In this document: piece by piece, positions 22,113-32,000 of the stretch
Layout: each line of letters starts with the position of its first letter
Numbering within the stretch: position 1 is the first letter of the stretch
Source: Mycobacterium tuberculosis H37Rv
GTDB taxonomy: Bacteria; Actinomycetota; Actinomycetes; Mycobacteriales; Mycobacteriaceae
NCBI RefSeq assembly: GCF_000195955.2
Contig: NC_000962.3
Coordinates: 1,830,001-1,862,000, forward strand
Length of the DNA: 32,000 nucleotides
Reading direction: 5' to 3'
Made by a program: the position numbers and the translations under genes
Notes under the pieces: generated by a model
Databases searched by the model: none
The model's input: only the letters and a program-made list of their open reading frames with translations
What the model was told of the DNA's origin: nothing

Positions 22113-22188
22113 TCTGCGTGCAGCGTGGGCGGCTTTGGCCGCGATCGGTCGGCATTGGGCCCTGCTTGTGCAGGGCTTTTTTTGCTGA
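22105..22188 (+). other. Candidate leader ORF MPVLRAAWAALAAIGRHWALLVQGFFC (27 aa), spanning the terminator hairpin and ending at TGA 22186-22188
   Basis: Open frame from ATG 22105, same frame as infC; covers the stem-loop and U-tract. Confidence 0.35.
22159..22183 (+). terminator. Intrinsic terminator / attenuator in infC leader: GCCCTGC-TTGT-GCAGGGC-TTTTTTT
   Basis: Perfect 7-bp GC-rich stem, 4-nt loop, 7 consecutive T, about 90 nt upstream of the infC start. Confidence 0.85.
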
Positions 22189-22272
22189 TGGTTTGGGTGT
22201 GTTCCCCACCTGATTCCGGCCGGGTCCAACAAGCTGGTCGCGCCTGGAACAGCAGCCAACGAGGGAGGCCCC

Positions 22273-22878
<606 letters not shown>

Positions 22879-22927
22879 CTCGCCAGCAAGACACGCAGAA
22901 CCTAGAAATTCTAGAAATTGAGGAAAC

Positions 22928-23122
22928 ATGCCCAAGGCCAAGACCCACAGCGGGGCCTCGAAGCGGTTCCGGCGCACCGGTACCGGCAAGATCGTCCGGC
23001 AGAAGGCCAACCGTCGGCACCTGCTCGAGCACAAGCCGAGCACCCGCACCAGGCGCCTGGACGGCCGCACCGTGGTGGCAGCCAACGACACCAAACGGGT
23101 CACGTCGTTGCTGAACGGCTGA
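22928..23122 (+). CDS. rpmI: 50S ribosomal protein L35, 64 aa
   Basis: [36 protein letters not shown]. Confidence 0.98.
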
Positions 23123-23183
23123 CCGTACCGCCGGCCGGCTCCGGCACCTGACCAATCACGTCCGAACGAGAGTAGGAAGATCC

Positions 23184-23573
23184 ATGGCACGCGTAAAGCG
23201 GGCGGTCAACGCCCACAAGAAGCGGCGCAGCATCCTGAAGGCATCGCGAGGCTATCGCGGCCAGCGATCGCGGCTTTACCGCAAAGCCAAAGAGCAGCAG
23301 CTGCATTCACTGAACTACGCCTACCGTGACCGCCGGGCGCGTAAGGGCGAGTTCCGCAAGTTGTGGATCGCACGGATCAACGCGGCTGCGCGCCTCAACG
23401 ACATCACCTACAACCGGCTTATCCAGGGGCTGAAGGCCGCCGGCGTCGAGGTGGACCGGAAAAACCTCGCCGACATTGCGATCAGCGACCCGGCGGCGTT
23501 CACCGCGCTGGTCGACGTCGCCCGGGCGGCACTGCCCGAAGACGTCAACGCCCCCTCCGGGGAGGCCGCCTGA
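23184..23573 (+). CDS. rplT: 50S ribosomal protein L20, 129 aa
   Basis: [38 protein letters not shown]. Confidence 0.98.
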
Positions 23574-23605
23574 TCCGGATTCCGGCCTGAGGCAGGGCTA
23601 CGCCG

Positions 23606-24388
23606 GTGCTCACCGAACGCTCGGCCAGGGTGGCCACGGCGGTCAAACTGCATCGTCACGTAGGCCGGCGCCGGGCGGGACGTTTTCTCGCCGAAGGCCC
23701 CAACCTGGTAGCGGCGGCGTTGGCGCGCGGGCTGGTACGGGAGGTATTCGTCACCGAAGTTGCGGCGCGGCGGCACGAGCTCTTGTTGGCCGCGCACGAG
23801 GCTTCGGTTCATCTGGTGACTGAGCGGGCCGCGAAGGCGCTCTCTGATACGGTCACGCCGGCCGGGTTGGTGGCGGTGTGCGATCTGCCGGCGACCCGAC
23901 TTGAGGATGTATTGGCCGGCTCACCTCAGCTGATCGCGGTGACCGTCGAGATCCGCGAGCCGGGCAACGCGGGCACGGTAATCCGCATCGCCGACGCCAT
24001 GGGTGCCGCGGCGGTGATCCTCGCCGGGCGCAGCGTCGACCCATACAACGGCAAGTGTCTGCGCGCGTCCACCGGTAGCATCTTCGCGATCCCGGTCGTC
24101 GTCGCGCCCGATGTCGGTGCCGCCATCGCCGACCTGCGAGCGGCCGGACTGCAGGTGCTGGCCACCGCAGTGGACGGCGAGATGGCTCTCGACGATGCCG
24201 ATCGGCTGCTTGCCGAGCCGACGGCATGGCTGTTCGGGCCCGAAGCACACGGGTTGTCGGCCGAGATCGCGGCCTTGGCGGACCACCGCGTACACATCCT
24301 GATGTCGGGAGGGGCGGAGAGCCTCAACGTCGCGGCCGCGGCCGCGATCTGTCTGTATGAGAGCGCTCGGGCGTTGGGCCGCCGCTGA
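23606..24388 (+). CDS. tsnR: SpoU/TrmH-family 2'-O rRNA methyltransferase, 260 aa (TsnR-like)
   Basis: FLAEGPNLVAAAL, EIREPGNAGTVIRIADAMGAAAVIL, IPVVVAPD, WLFGPEAHGLSAE, SLNVAAAAAICLYE. Confidence 0.93.
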   Translation: MLTERSARVATAVKLHRHVGRRRAGRFLAEGPNLVAAALARGLVREVFVTEVAARRHELLLAAHEASVHLVTERAAKALSDTVTPAGLVAVCDLPATRLEDVLAGSPQLIAVTVEIREPGNAGTVIRIADAMGAAAVILAGRSVDPYNGKCLRASTGSIFAIPVVVAPDVGAAIADLRAAGLQVLATAVDGEMALDDADRLLAEPTAWLFGPEAHGLSAEIAALADHRVHILMSGGAESLNVAAAAAICLYESARALGRR

Positions 24389-24398
24389 TTGTCCGGCC

Positions 24399-25454
24399 CT
24401 ACGCAGCGCGGCTGGGGCCCCGCGCCGGCCGCACGCCGGCCAGCGAAAGTGTGGAATGGACCAGCGCCCCGGCGCGTTCCATCAGGGCCTTGGCGGGATC
24501 GAGAGCCGACCGGGTAAAGCGATGGGAACGGGGTGGGAAGTAGTGCATCGGCAGCCCCTGCCGATCCCGTGGTGGCGCCATGAAGCCGGGCGCTTGCACC
24601 AGGGGCGCGTCATGGCGAGTACGGCCTGCCGCTCGCCGGTAGGCGGCCAGCGCGCGCGGGTGCAACCGGATTTCGTCGGGCACCGCCAAAAACGCCAGTT
24701 CTACCACCTTGCCGAACACTCGCAGCAACACCTCGTCACCCGGTGTCCAGTGCATTCCCGCCTTCTCCCGCACGGCCGGGTCGAACAGGCCGGCCGCGAT
24801 CCAGCGCTGACCGGCTATTAGCGGCTTGAACAGCTGATCCCAGATCGGCGTTGGCATGAGTACAAACCTCGGTTTGGGAATCCGCATCTGGAGGATGTCC
24901 ACGGTCGCCTGATTGATCTCGAGCTTGTCGCGGCACACCCGGTCCCAATAGTCCTGAAAGTCTTCCCACGACTTGGGCACCGGTCGCATGCTCATCCCAT
25001 ACATCCGGTACCAGCGCACGTGCTCCTCGAAGAGCTGGTGTTTTTCGGCCTCGGTCAAGCCTCCGCAGAAGTATTCGGCGACCTTGATGACAAGCATGAA
25101 AAACGTCGCATGCGCCCAGTAGAACGTATCTGGATTCAGCGCGTGATAGCGACGCCCCTCAGCGTCGACTCCCTTGATGGTTCGGTGGTAGCCCTTGATC
25201 TGCTGGCCGGTCTGGGCCGCTCGGTCACCGTCATAGACCACACCCATGATCGGGTACACCGAGCGGGCTACCCGCTGCAAGGGTTCGCGGAGCAGGATTG
25301 AATGCTCCTCGACACCGGCACCTAGCTCGGGATACATATTTTGGATCGCGCCGATCCACACACCCATCATCCCGGTGCGCAGGTCTCCGAAATATTTCCA
25401 GGTCAGCGAATCGGGCCCGAGCGGGTCGGCGGATGTCCTCGATGCGACAGTCAT
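24399..25454 (-). CDS. DUF2236 / MpaB-rubber-oxygenase-like protein, 351 aa (Rv1645c-like)
   Basis: GDLRTGMMGVWIGAIQNMYPELGAGVEEHS ... NPDTFYWAHATFFMLVIKVAEYF (family histidines). Confidence 0.85.
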   Translation of the reverse strand: MTVASRTSADPLGPDSLTWKYFGDLRTGMMGVWIGAIQNMYPELGAGVEEHSILLREPLQRVARSVYPIMGVVYDGDRAAQTGQQIKGYHRTIKGVDAEGRRYHALNPDTFYWAHATFFMLVIKVAEYFCGGLTEAEKHQLFEEHVRWYRMYGMSMRPVPKSWEDFQDYWDRVCRDKLEINQATVDILQMRIPKPRFVLMPTPIWDQLFKPLIAGQRWIAAGLFDPAVREKAGMHWTPGDEVLLRVFGKVVELAFLAVPDEIRLHPRALAAYRRAAGRTRHDAPLVQAPGFMAPPRDRQGLPMHYFPPRSHRFTRSALDPAKALMERAGALVHSTLSLAGVRPARGPSRAA

Positions 25455-25763
25455 GACTGCCTCCGTGCCAGGTTAGTCTGCGCCCACGATAGGCATTGAC
25501 AACGCGCGTTGTCCACGATTTGGTCCGCCGATATCGCGCCGTGTCACCCAGTGCCTCCTCCGGGTGGCAACGAGCGTGGACGAGGACTGCAGCTGCATAG
25601 CTTGGCCCGCGGTGCGTGCGGGGGCAGGGAGTCCAATGAAAAATGTTGCTTAGAACGCCAGAAAGTTTTTAACTAGATCAGGATTGCTTAGCTGTAGACT
25701 TTATTTCTCAATGACCACGTAAGGATTGCTGCGGCCAGTACAACGTGTACAAGGAGTCGGGCT

Positions 25764-26696
25764 ATGTCGTTTCTCACCGTGGCGCCGGACATGGTAACGG
25801 CGGCCGCCGGGAATTTGGAAAGCGTTGGCTCGGCACTGAATGAGGCCGCTGCGGCGGCGGCGCCAGCCACGGTTGGGCTGGCGGCCCCGGCCGCGGATCG
25901 GGTGTCGGCGGTCGTCGCGGCGATGTTGGGGGCATATGCCCGGGATTTTCAAGGCATCAGTGCTCAGATCGCGGGTTTTCATAACCAGTTCGTGGGCGCG
26001 TTGCGGGGCGGTGCGGCCGCCTACGCCAGCGCCGAAGCCGCCAACGTCCAGCAGACCGTGGTGAACGCCGTGAATGCGCCCGCCCAGGCGCTGTTGGGGC
26101 ACCCGTTGATCGGGCCCGAGACGGTCGGCTCCAGCGCCGCCGCGGTCTCCTTCGGCTTCGGCCCGTTGCTCCTCGCTGGTAGCGATCCGCTGCTGGCCGT
26201 GCCATTCAGCTATCCGGCCAGTCTGCCCACCCCATTCGGTCCAGTAACGATGACGCTCAACGGGTCGTTTGATCCGCTTACCCAACAGGTTGTTTTCGAC
26301 TCGGGATCACTCACCGCGCCCGCTCCGTTCGTGTACGGTCTTGGTGCGGTAGGTCCAGCTCTCACCACCATGACCGCGCTGCAAAACAGCGGCACAGCAT
26401 TTTCCGGCGCGGTGCAAAGCGGGAACCTGCTAGGGGCCGCGGGCGCGCTTCTGCAAGCTCCCGGCAACGCGGTGACCGGCTTCCTGTTTGGCCAAACAGC
26501 GATATCGCAGTCGATACCGGGGCCATCGAATCTGGGCTACGAGTCGGTGGGTATCAGCGTTCCGGTCGGGGGGCTCTTGGCTCCGCTGCAGCCCGTGACG
26601 GTCACGTTGACGCCCACATCTGGTATGCCGACTGCCATTCAATTGAGTGGTACGCAGTTTGGCGGCCTTCTTCCCGCCCTACTCAACGGTTTCTAA
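25764..26696 (+). CDS. PE17: PE family protein PE17, 310 aa: PE domain plus ~200-aa non-PGRS C-terminal region
   Basis: MSFLTVAPDMVTAAAGNLESVGSALNEAAAAAAPAT...; ESX secretion motif YASAE; AAGGAG at about 25751 upstream of the ATG. Confidence 0.95.
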   Translation: MSFLTVAPDMVTAAAGNLESVGSALNEAAAAAAPATVGLAAPAADRVSAVVAAMLGAYARDFQGISAQIAGFHNQFVGALRGGAAAYASAEAANVQQTVVNAVNAPAQALLGHPLIGPETVGSSAAAVSFGFGPLLLAGSDPLLAVPFSYPASLPTPFGPVTMTLNGSFDPLTQQVVFDSGSLTAPAPFVYGLGAVGPALTTMTALQNSGTAFSGAVQSGNLLGAAGALLQAPGNAVTGFLFGQTAISQSIPGPSNLGYESVGISVPVGGLLAPLQPVTVTLTPTSGMPTAIQLSGTQFGGLLPALLNGF

Positions 26697-26773
26697 CCGT
26701 CTGCGGACAGCCGCCGCAAACCGCGTGATCAGCGTGTTTGATGCGACTTGTGCCACAAACACCGAGGTCGTCA

Positions 26774-27724
26774 TTGGCGGGCTCAGCCCGCACCACCTAC
26801 CCTTGCCACGTGGAGGTCGGGCCGCAGGATTCGGAGTCCGGCGCGCCCGACGAGACGGCAACCGCCATGGCGTCGCCAGTACCTCGACAACGGTCCGCAC
26901 TACGCTGGCTGCGCACCGTGAACCGCAGCCCTGGCCTGGTGTCATTCATCCACCGGGCGCGCCGCCTGTTGCCTGGCGATCCGGAATTCGGCGACCCGTT
27001 GTCCACCGCGGGTGAGGGTGGTCCACGTGCCGCGGCTCGAGCTGCCGATCGGCTGCTGCGGGATCGCGATGCGGCCTCGCGCGAGGTCGGCCTGAGTGTG
27101 CTGCAGGTGTGGCAGGCGTTGACCGAGGCCGTTTCCCGCCGGCCGGCAAACCCGGAGGTGACGTTGGTGTTCACCGACCTGGTCGGCTTTTCCACGTGGT
27201 CGTTGCACGCTGGTGACGATGCCACCCTCACGCTGCTGCGGCAGGTGGCCCGGGCTGTCGAATCCCCCCTCCTGGACGCCGGCGGGCACATCGTCAAACG
27301 GCTGGGCGACGGGATCATGGCGGTGTTCCGCAATCCGACCGTCGCGCTGCGAGCCGTGCTCGTCGCCCAAGATGCTGTGAAGTCGCTTGAAGTGCAAGGC
27401 TATACACCGCGAATGCGGATCGGTATCCACACCGGCCGGCCGCAGCGGCTGGCCGCCGACTGGCTCGGCGTCGACGTCAACATCGCCGCCCGGGTTATGG
27501 AACGTGCCACCAAAGGGGGCATCATGATCTCGCAACCGACCCTGGACCTGATCCCGCAAAGTGAGTTGGACGCGCTGGGCGTCGTGGCCCGGCGGGTGCG
27601 TAAACCCGTGTTTGCCAGCAAGCCCACCGGCATTCCGCCCGACTTGGCGATCTATCGCATCAAGACTGTTAGCGAGTCGACAGCTGCCGATAACTTCGAT
27701 GAGATGAGTCCCGATGCACAGTAG
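26774..27724 (+). CDS. Class III adenylyl/guanylyl cyclase, 316 aa (Rv1647-like); start uncertain (alternatives 26738, 26864)
   Basis: VTLVFTDLVGFSTWSLHAGDDATL (metal-binding Asp), GGHIVKRLGDGIMAVF (second metal-binding Asp), RIGIHTGRPQRLAADWLGVDVNIAARVMERA. Confidence 0.92.
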   Translation: MAGSARTTYPCHVEVGPQDSESGAPDETATAMASPVPRQRSALRWLRTVNRSPGLVSFIHRARRLLPGDPEFGDPLSTAGEGGPRAAARAADRLLRDRDAASREVGLSVLQVWQALTEAVSRRPANPEVTLVFTDLVGFSTWSLHAGDDATLTLLRQVARAVESPLLDAGGHIVKRLGDGIMAVFRNPTVALRAVLVAQDAVKSLEVQGYTPRMRIGIHTGRPQRLAADWLGVDVNIAARVMERATKGGIMISQPTLDLIPQSELDALGVVARRVRKPVFASKPTGIPPDLAIYRIKTVSESTAADNFDEMSPDAQ

Positions 27725-27730
27725 AACGCG

Positions 27731-28537
27731 ATGATCTACCGCGTCGCCTGCCTGCTGGCCCGGATCCGGTTCACCGTGGGCTACGTGGCGGCTCTTGCAT
27801 CGGTCAGCACCACCATCCTGATGCATGGTCCGCAGGTGCACGCCCAGGTGATTCGGCATGCCAGTACGAACCTGCACAACCTGGCCCATGGACACCTGGG
27901 AACGCTGTGGAACAGCGCCTTCGTCATCGACGAGGGCCCGCTTTATTTCTGGTTACCCTGCTTGGCGTGTCTGCTCGCGGTCGCGGAGCTGCAGCTGCGC
28001 AGCTTGCGGCTGACCGTGGCGTTCGTCGTCGGTCATATTGGGGCGACACTGTTGGTGGCGGCCGTGCTTGCCGGGGCGATCGAGATCGGCTGGTTGCCAT
28101 GGTCCATTAGCCGGGTCAGCGATGTCGGGATGAGCTACGGTGCCCTCGCGGCGCTCGGGGCGCTGACCGCGGCAATCCCTGGGCGGTGGCGGCCGGCATG
28201 GATTGGTTGGTGGGTATCGCTGGGCTTGGCGACTGCGACCATCGGCGGTGGTTTCACCGATGCCGGCCACACGGTTGCGTTGCTGTTGGGCATGTTAGTG
28301 ACTGCCTGCTTCACCCGGCCCGCGCGCTGGACACTCGGGCGGTGTGCCTTGCTGGCGGTGGCGTCGGGGTTCTGCTTGGTGCTGCTAGCCCATAGCTGGT
28401 GGAGCTTGGTGAGTGGGTCGGCCTTGGGTCTACTCGGGGCCCTGGGTGCCGCCGGGTTTGCGCGTTGGACCAGAGCGCGCGCCACATCGCTGCCACCCGG
28501 CGCGCTGGCGATTCCGCAGCCGGCGCTAAGTCGCTGA
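27731..28537 (+). CDS. Polytopic membrane protein with rhomboid-like features, 268 aa (Rv1648-like)
   Basis: Several hydrophobic helices; HNLAHGHLGTLWNSAF, GMSYGALAALGAL, DAGHTVALLLGMLV. Confidence 0.8.
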   Translation: MIYRVACLLARIRFTVGYVAALASVSTTILMHGPQVHAQVIRHASTNLHNLAHGHLGTLWNSAFVIDEGPLYFWLPCLACLLAVAELQLRSLRLTVAFVVGHIGATLLVAAVLAGAIEIGWLPWSISRVSDVGMSYGALAALGALTAAIPGRWRPAWIGWWVSLGLATATIGGGFTDAGHTVALLLGMLVTACFTRPARWTLGRCALLAVASGFCLVLLAHSWWSLVSGSALGLLGALGAAGFARWTRARATSLPPGALAIPQPALSR

Positions 28538-28578
28538 GTCCCGCACAACGCGTGCCGAGCCGGGCCGACCGAATCACC

Positions 28579-28584
28579 TATGAT
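28579..28584 (+). promoter_or_regulatory. Candidate -10 (TATGAT) for pheS-pheT, giving a leader of about 110 nt
   Basis: Good TATAAT-like hexamer in the only sizeable gap before pheS; no clear -35. Confidence 0.35.
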
Positions 28585-28672
28585 TTGCACTTGCGTCACG
28601 CCGTTAGCGGGCAAGTCGGGTACGTCCATCAGTCCAGTTTCCGCTCCGCGACGATGCGGGCGGTCCGAATAG

Positions 28673-29757
<1,085 letters not shown>

Positions 29758-29758
<1 letters not shown>

Positions 29759-32000
29759 TGCGGCTACCCTACAGCTGGCTGCGCGAGGTGGTTGCGGTCG
29801 GCGCTTCGGGCTGGGACGTTACCCCAGGCGAACTCGAGCAGACGCTGTTGCGCATCGGCCACGAGGTCGAAGAGGTCATCCCCCTTGGTCCGGTGGACGG
29901 CCCGGTGACCGTGGGGCGGGTGGCCGATATCGAGGAGCTCACCGGCTACAAGAAGCCGATCCGGGCCTGCGCGGTAGATATCGGCGATCGGCAGTATCGC
30001 GAGATTATTTGTGGTGCAACCAATTTCGCGGTTGGTGATCTGGTGGTGGTAGCGCTGCCCGGTGCCACGCTGCCCGGTGGATTCACCATTAGCGCCCGCA
30101 AGGCCTACGGTCGCAACTCCGACGGAATGATCTGCTCGGCAGCCGAACTCAATTTGGGCGCAGACCATTCCGGGATCCTGGTGTTGCCCCCCGGAGCCGC
30201 CGAGCCCGGAGCTGACGGCGCGGGCGTGCTGGGGCTCGACGACGTGGTCTTCCATCTGGCCATCACCCCAGACCGCGGTTACTGCATGTCGGTGCGCGGC
30301 TTGGCCCGCGAGCTCGCGTGCGCCTACGACCTGGACTTCGTCGACCCCGCCAGCAACTCGCGGGTGCCGCCGCTACCCATCGAGGGGCCAGCCTGGCCGC
30401 TGACGGTTCAGCCCGAGACGGGGGTGCGCCGGTTCGCGCTACGCCCGGTCATCGGGATCGACCCCGCCGCGGTATCGCCCTGGTGGTTGCAGCGCCGACT
30501 GCTGCTCTGCGGTATCCGCGCGACCTGTCCGGCGGTCGACGTGACCAATTACGTGATGCTCGAACTTGGCCACCCCATGCACGCCCACGACCGCAACCGG
30601 ATCAGCGGAACCCTCGGAGTGCGGTTCGCCCGGTCCGGCGAGACCGCCGTGACCCTCGACGGTATCGAGCGCAAGCTCGATACCGCCGATGTCCTGATCG
30701 TCGACGATGCTGCGACAGCGGCGATCGGCGGCGTGATGGGGGCGGCCAGCACCGAAGTGCGGGCCGACTCCACCGATGTCCTGTTGGAGGCCGCGATATG
30801 GGACCCGGCTGCGGTATCGCGTACCCAGCGGCGGCTGCACCTGCCTAGCGAGGCCGCCCGTCGTTACGAGCGGACGGTGGACCCGGCCATCTCCGTGGCC
30901 GCTTTGGACCGGTGCGCAAGGCTGCTCGCCGACATCGCCGGGGGGGAGGTTTCTCCCACCCTTACCGACTGGCGGGGTGACCCGCCGTGTGATGACTGGT
31001 CACCGCCGCCGATCCGGATGGGAGTCGATGTGCCGGACCGCATCGCCGGGGTGGCCTATCCGCAGGGCACTACTGCCAGGCGCTTGGCCCAGATCGGCGC
31101 GGTGGTGACCCACGACGGCGACACCTTGACCGTGACCCCGCCGAGTTGGCGACCTGATCTGCGGCAACCCGCAGACCTTGTCGAGGAGGTGCTGCGGCTT
31201 GAGGGGCTGGAAGTTATCCCGTCGGTGCTGCCACCGGCGCCCGCGGGTCGTGGACTCACCGCTGGGCAGCAGCGCCGTCGCACGATCGGCAGGTCGCTGG
31301 CGCTGTCGGGCTATGTCGAGATTCTGCCGACTCCATTTCTGCCGGCCGGTGTGTTCGATTTGTGGGGGCTGGAAGCCGATGACTCACGGCGCATGACCAC
31401 GCGGGTGCTCAACCCGCTGGAGGCCGATCGTCCGCAACTGGCGACCACGCTGCTGCCGGCCCTGCTGGAAGCCTTGGTGCGCAACGTGTCCCGAGGGCTG
31501 GTCGACGTCGCGCTGTTCGCCATCGCCCAGGTGGTCCAGCCGACCGAGCAGACGCGCGGTGTCGGGTTGATCCCGGTTGACCGGCGGCCGACCGATGATG
31601 AGATCGCCATGCTGGATGCCTCGCTGCCCCGGCAACCCCAGCACGTCGCGGCGGTGCTGGCCGGACTGCGCGAGCCTCGAGGCCCCTGGGGCCCGGGCCG
31701 CCCGGTAGAGGCGGCTGATGCGTTCGAGGCGGTGCGAATCATCGCGCGCGCCAGCCGCGTGGACGTGACCCTGCGGCCGGCCCAATATCTGCCGTGGCAT
31801 CCGGGCCGGTGCGCGCAGGTGTTCGTCGGGGAAAGCTCGGTTGGTCACGCCGGGCAGCTGCATCCCGCCGTGATCGAGCGCTCGGGTCTGCCGAAAGGCA
31901 CCTGCGCGGTGGAACTGAACCTAGATGCGATTCCGTGCAGCGCGCCGCTGCCGGCACCCAGGGTGTCGCCGTATCCGGCCGTGTTCCAAGACGTCAGCCT
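29758..32000 (+). CDS. pheT: Phenylalanyl-tRNA synthetase beta subunit, partial (runs off right edge; not in ORF track)
   Basis: TGATG overlap with pheS; [12 protein letters not shown]..., tRNA-binding domain [28 protein letters not shown]3/B4 and B5 ([13 protein letters not shown]) regions; open through position 32000. Confidence 0.97.

Overview
The window is a gene-dense, high-GC core segment of a Mycobacterium tuberculosis-complex chromosome. Gene order and protein sequences match the Rv1627c-Rv1650 region (recognised from memory; no database search was run). Content: end of an SCPx/thiolase-like gene, DUF35 OB-fold protein, polA, rpsA, coaE-GrpB fusion, DUF402 protein, uvrB, MFS transporter, GT-C mannosyltransferase, universal stress protein, MBL-fold hydrolase, uvrA, small hypothetical, esterase-like membrane protein, lysX (MprF-like + lysyl-tRNA synthetase fusion), infC-rpmI-rplT-tsnR, MpaB/DUF2236 oxygenase-like protein, PE17, class III nucleotidyl cyclase, rhomboid-like membrane protein, pheS and pheT (runs off the end). 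I see no CRISPR array, IS element, prophage, tRNA/rRNA or defence island, and I do not claim a new multi-gene system. The best second-look items are regulatory or start-site signals. (1) infC has no ATG/GTG/TTG for its conserved N-terminus and appears to start at ATC. It is preceded by a perfect U-tract terminator hairpin, an upstream hairpin and a 27-aa leader ORF ending at that terminator, which resembles an attenuator. (2) PafBC/RecA_NDp-like damage promoters lie upstream of uvrA (strong match) and uvrB (partial match). The uvrB one implies a leaderless GTG start upstream of the shorter conventional start. (3) A 60-nt imperfect palindrome sits between polA and rpsA. (4) Start-site issues in Rv1637c and pheS. 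(5) Rhomboid-like Ser/His signature in the 268-aa membrane protein.
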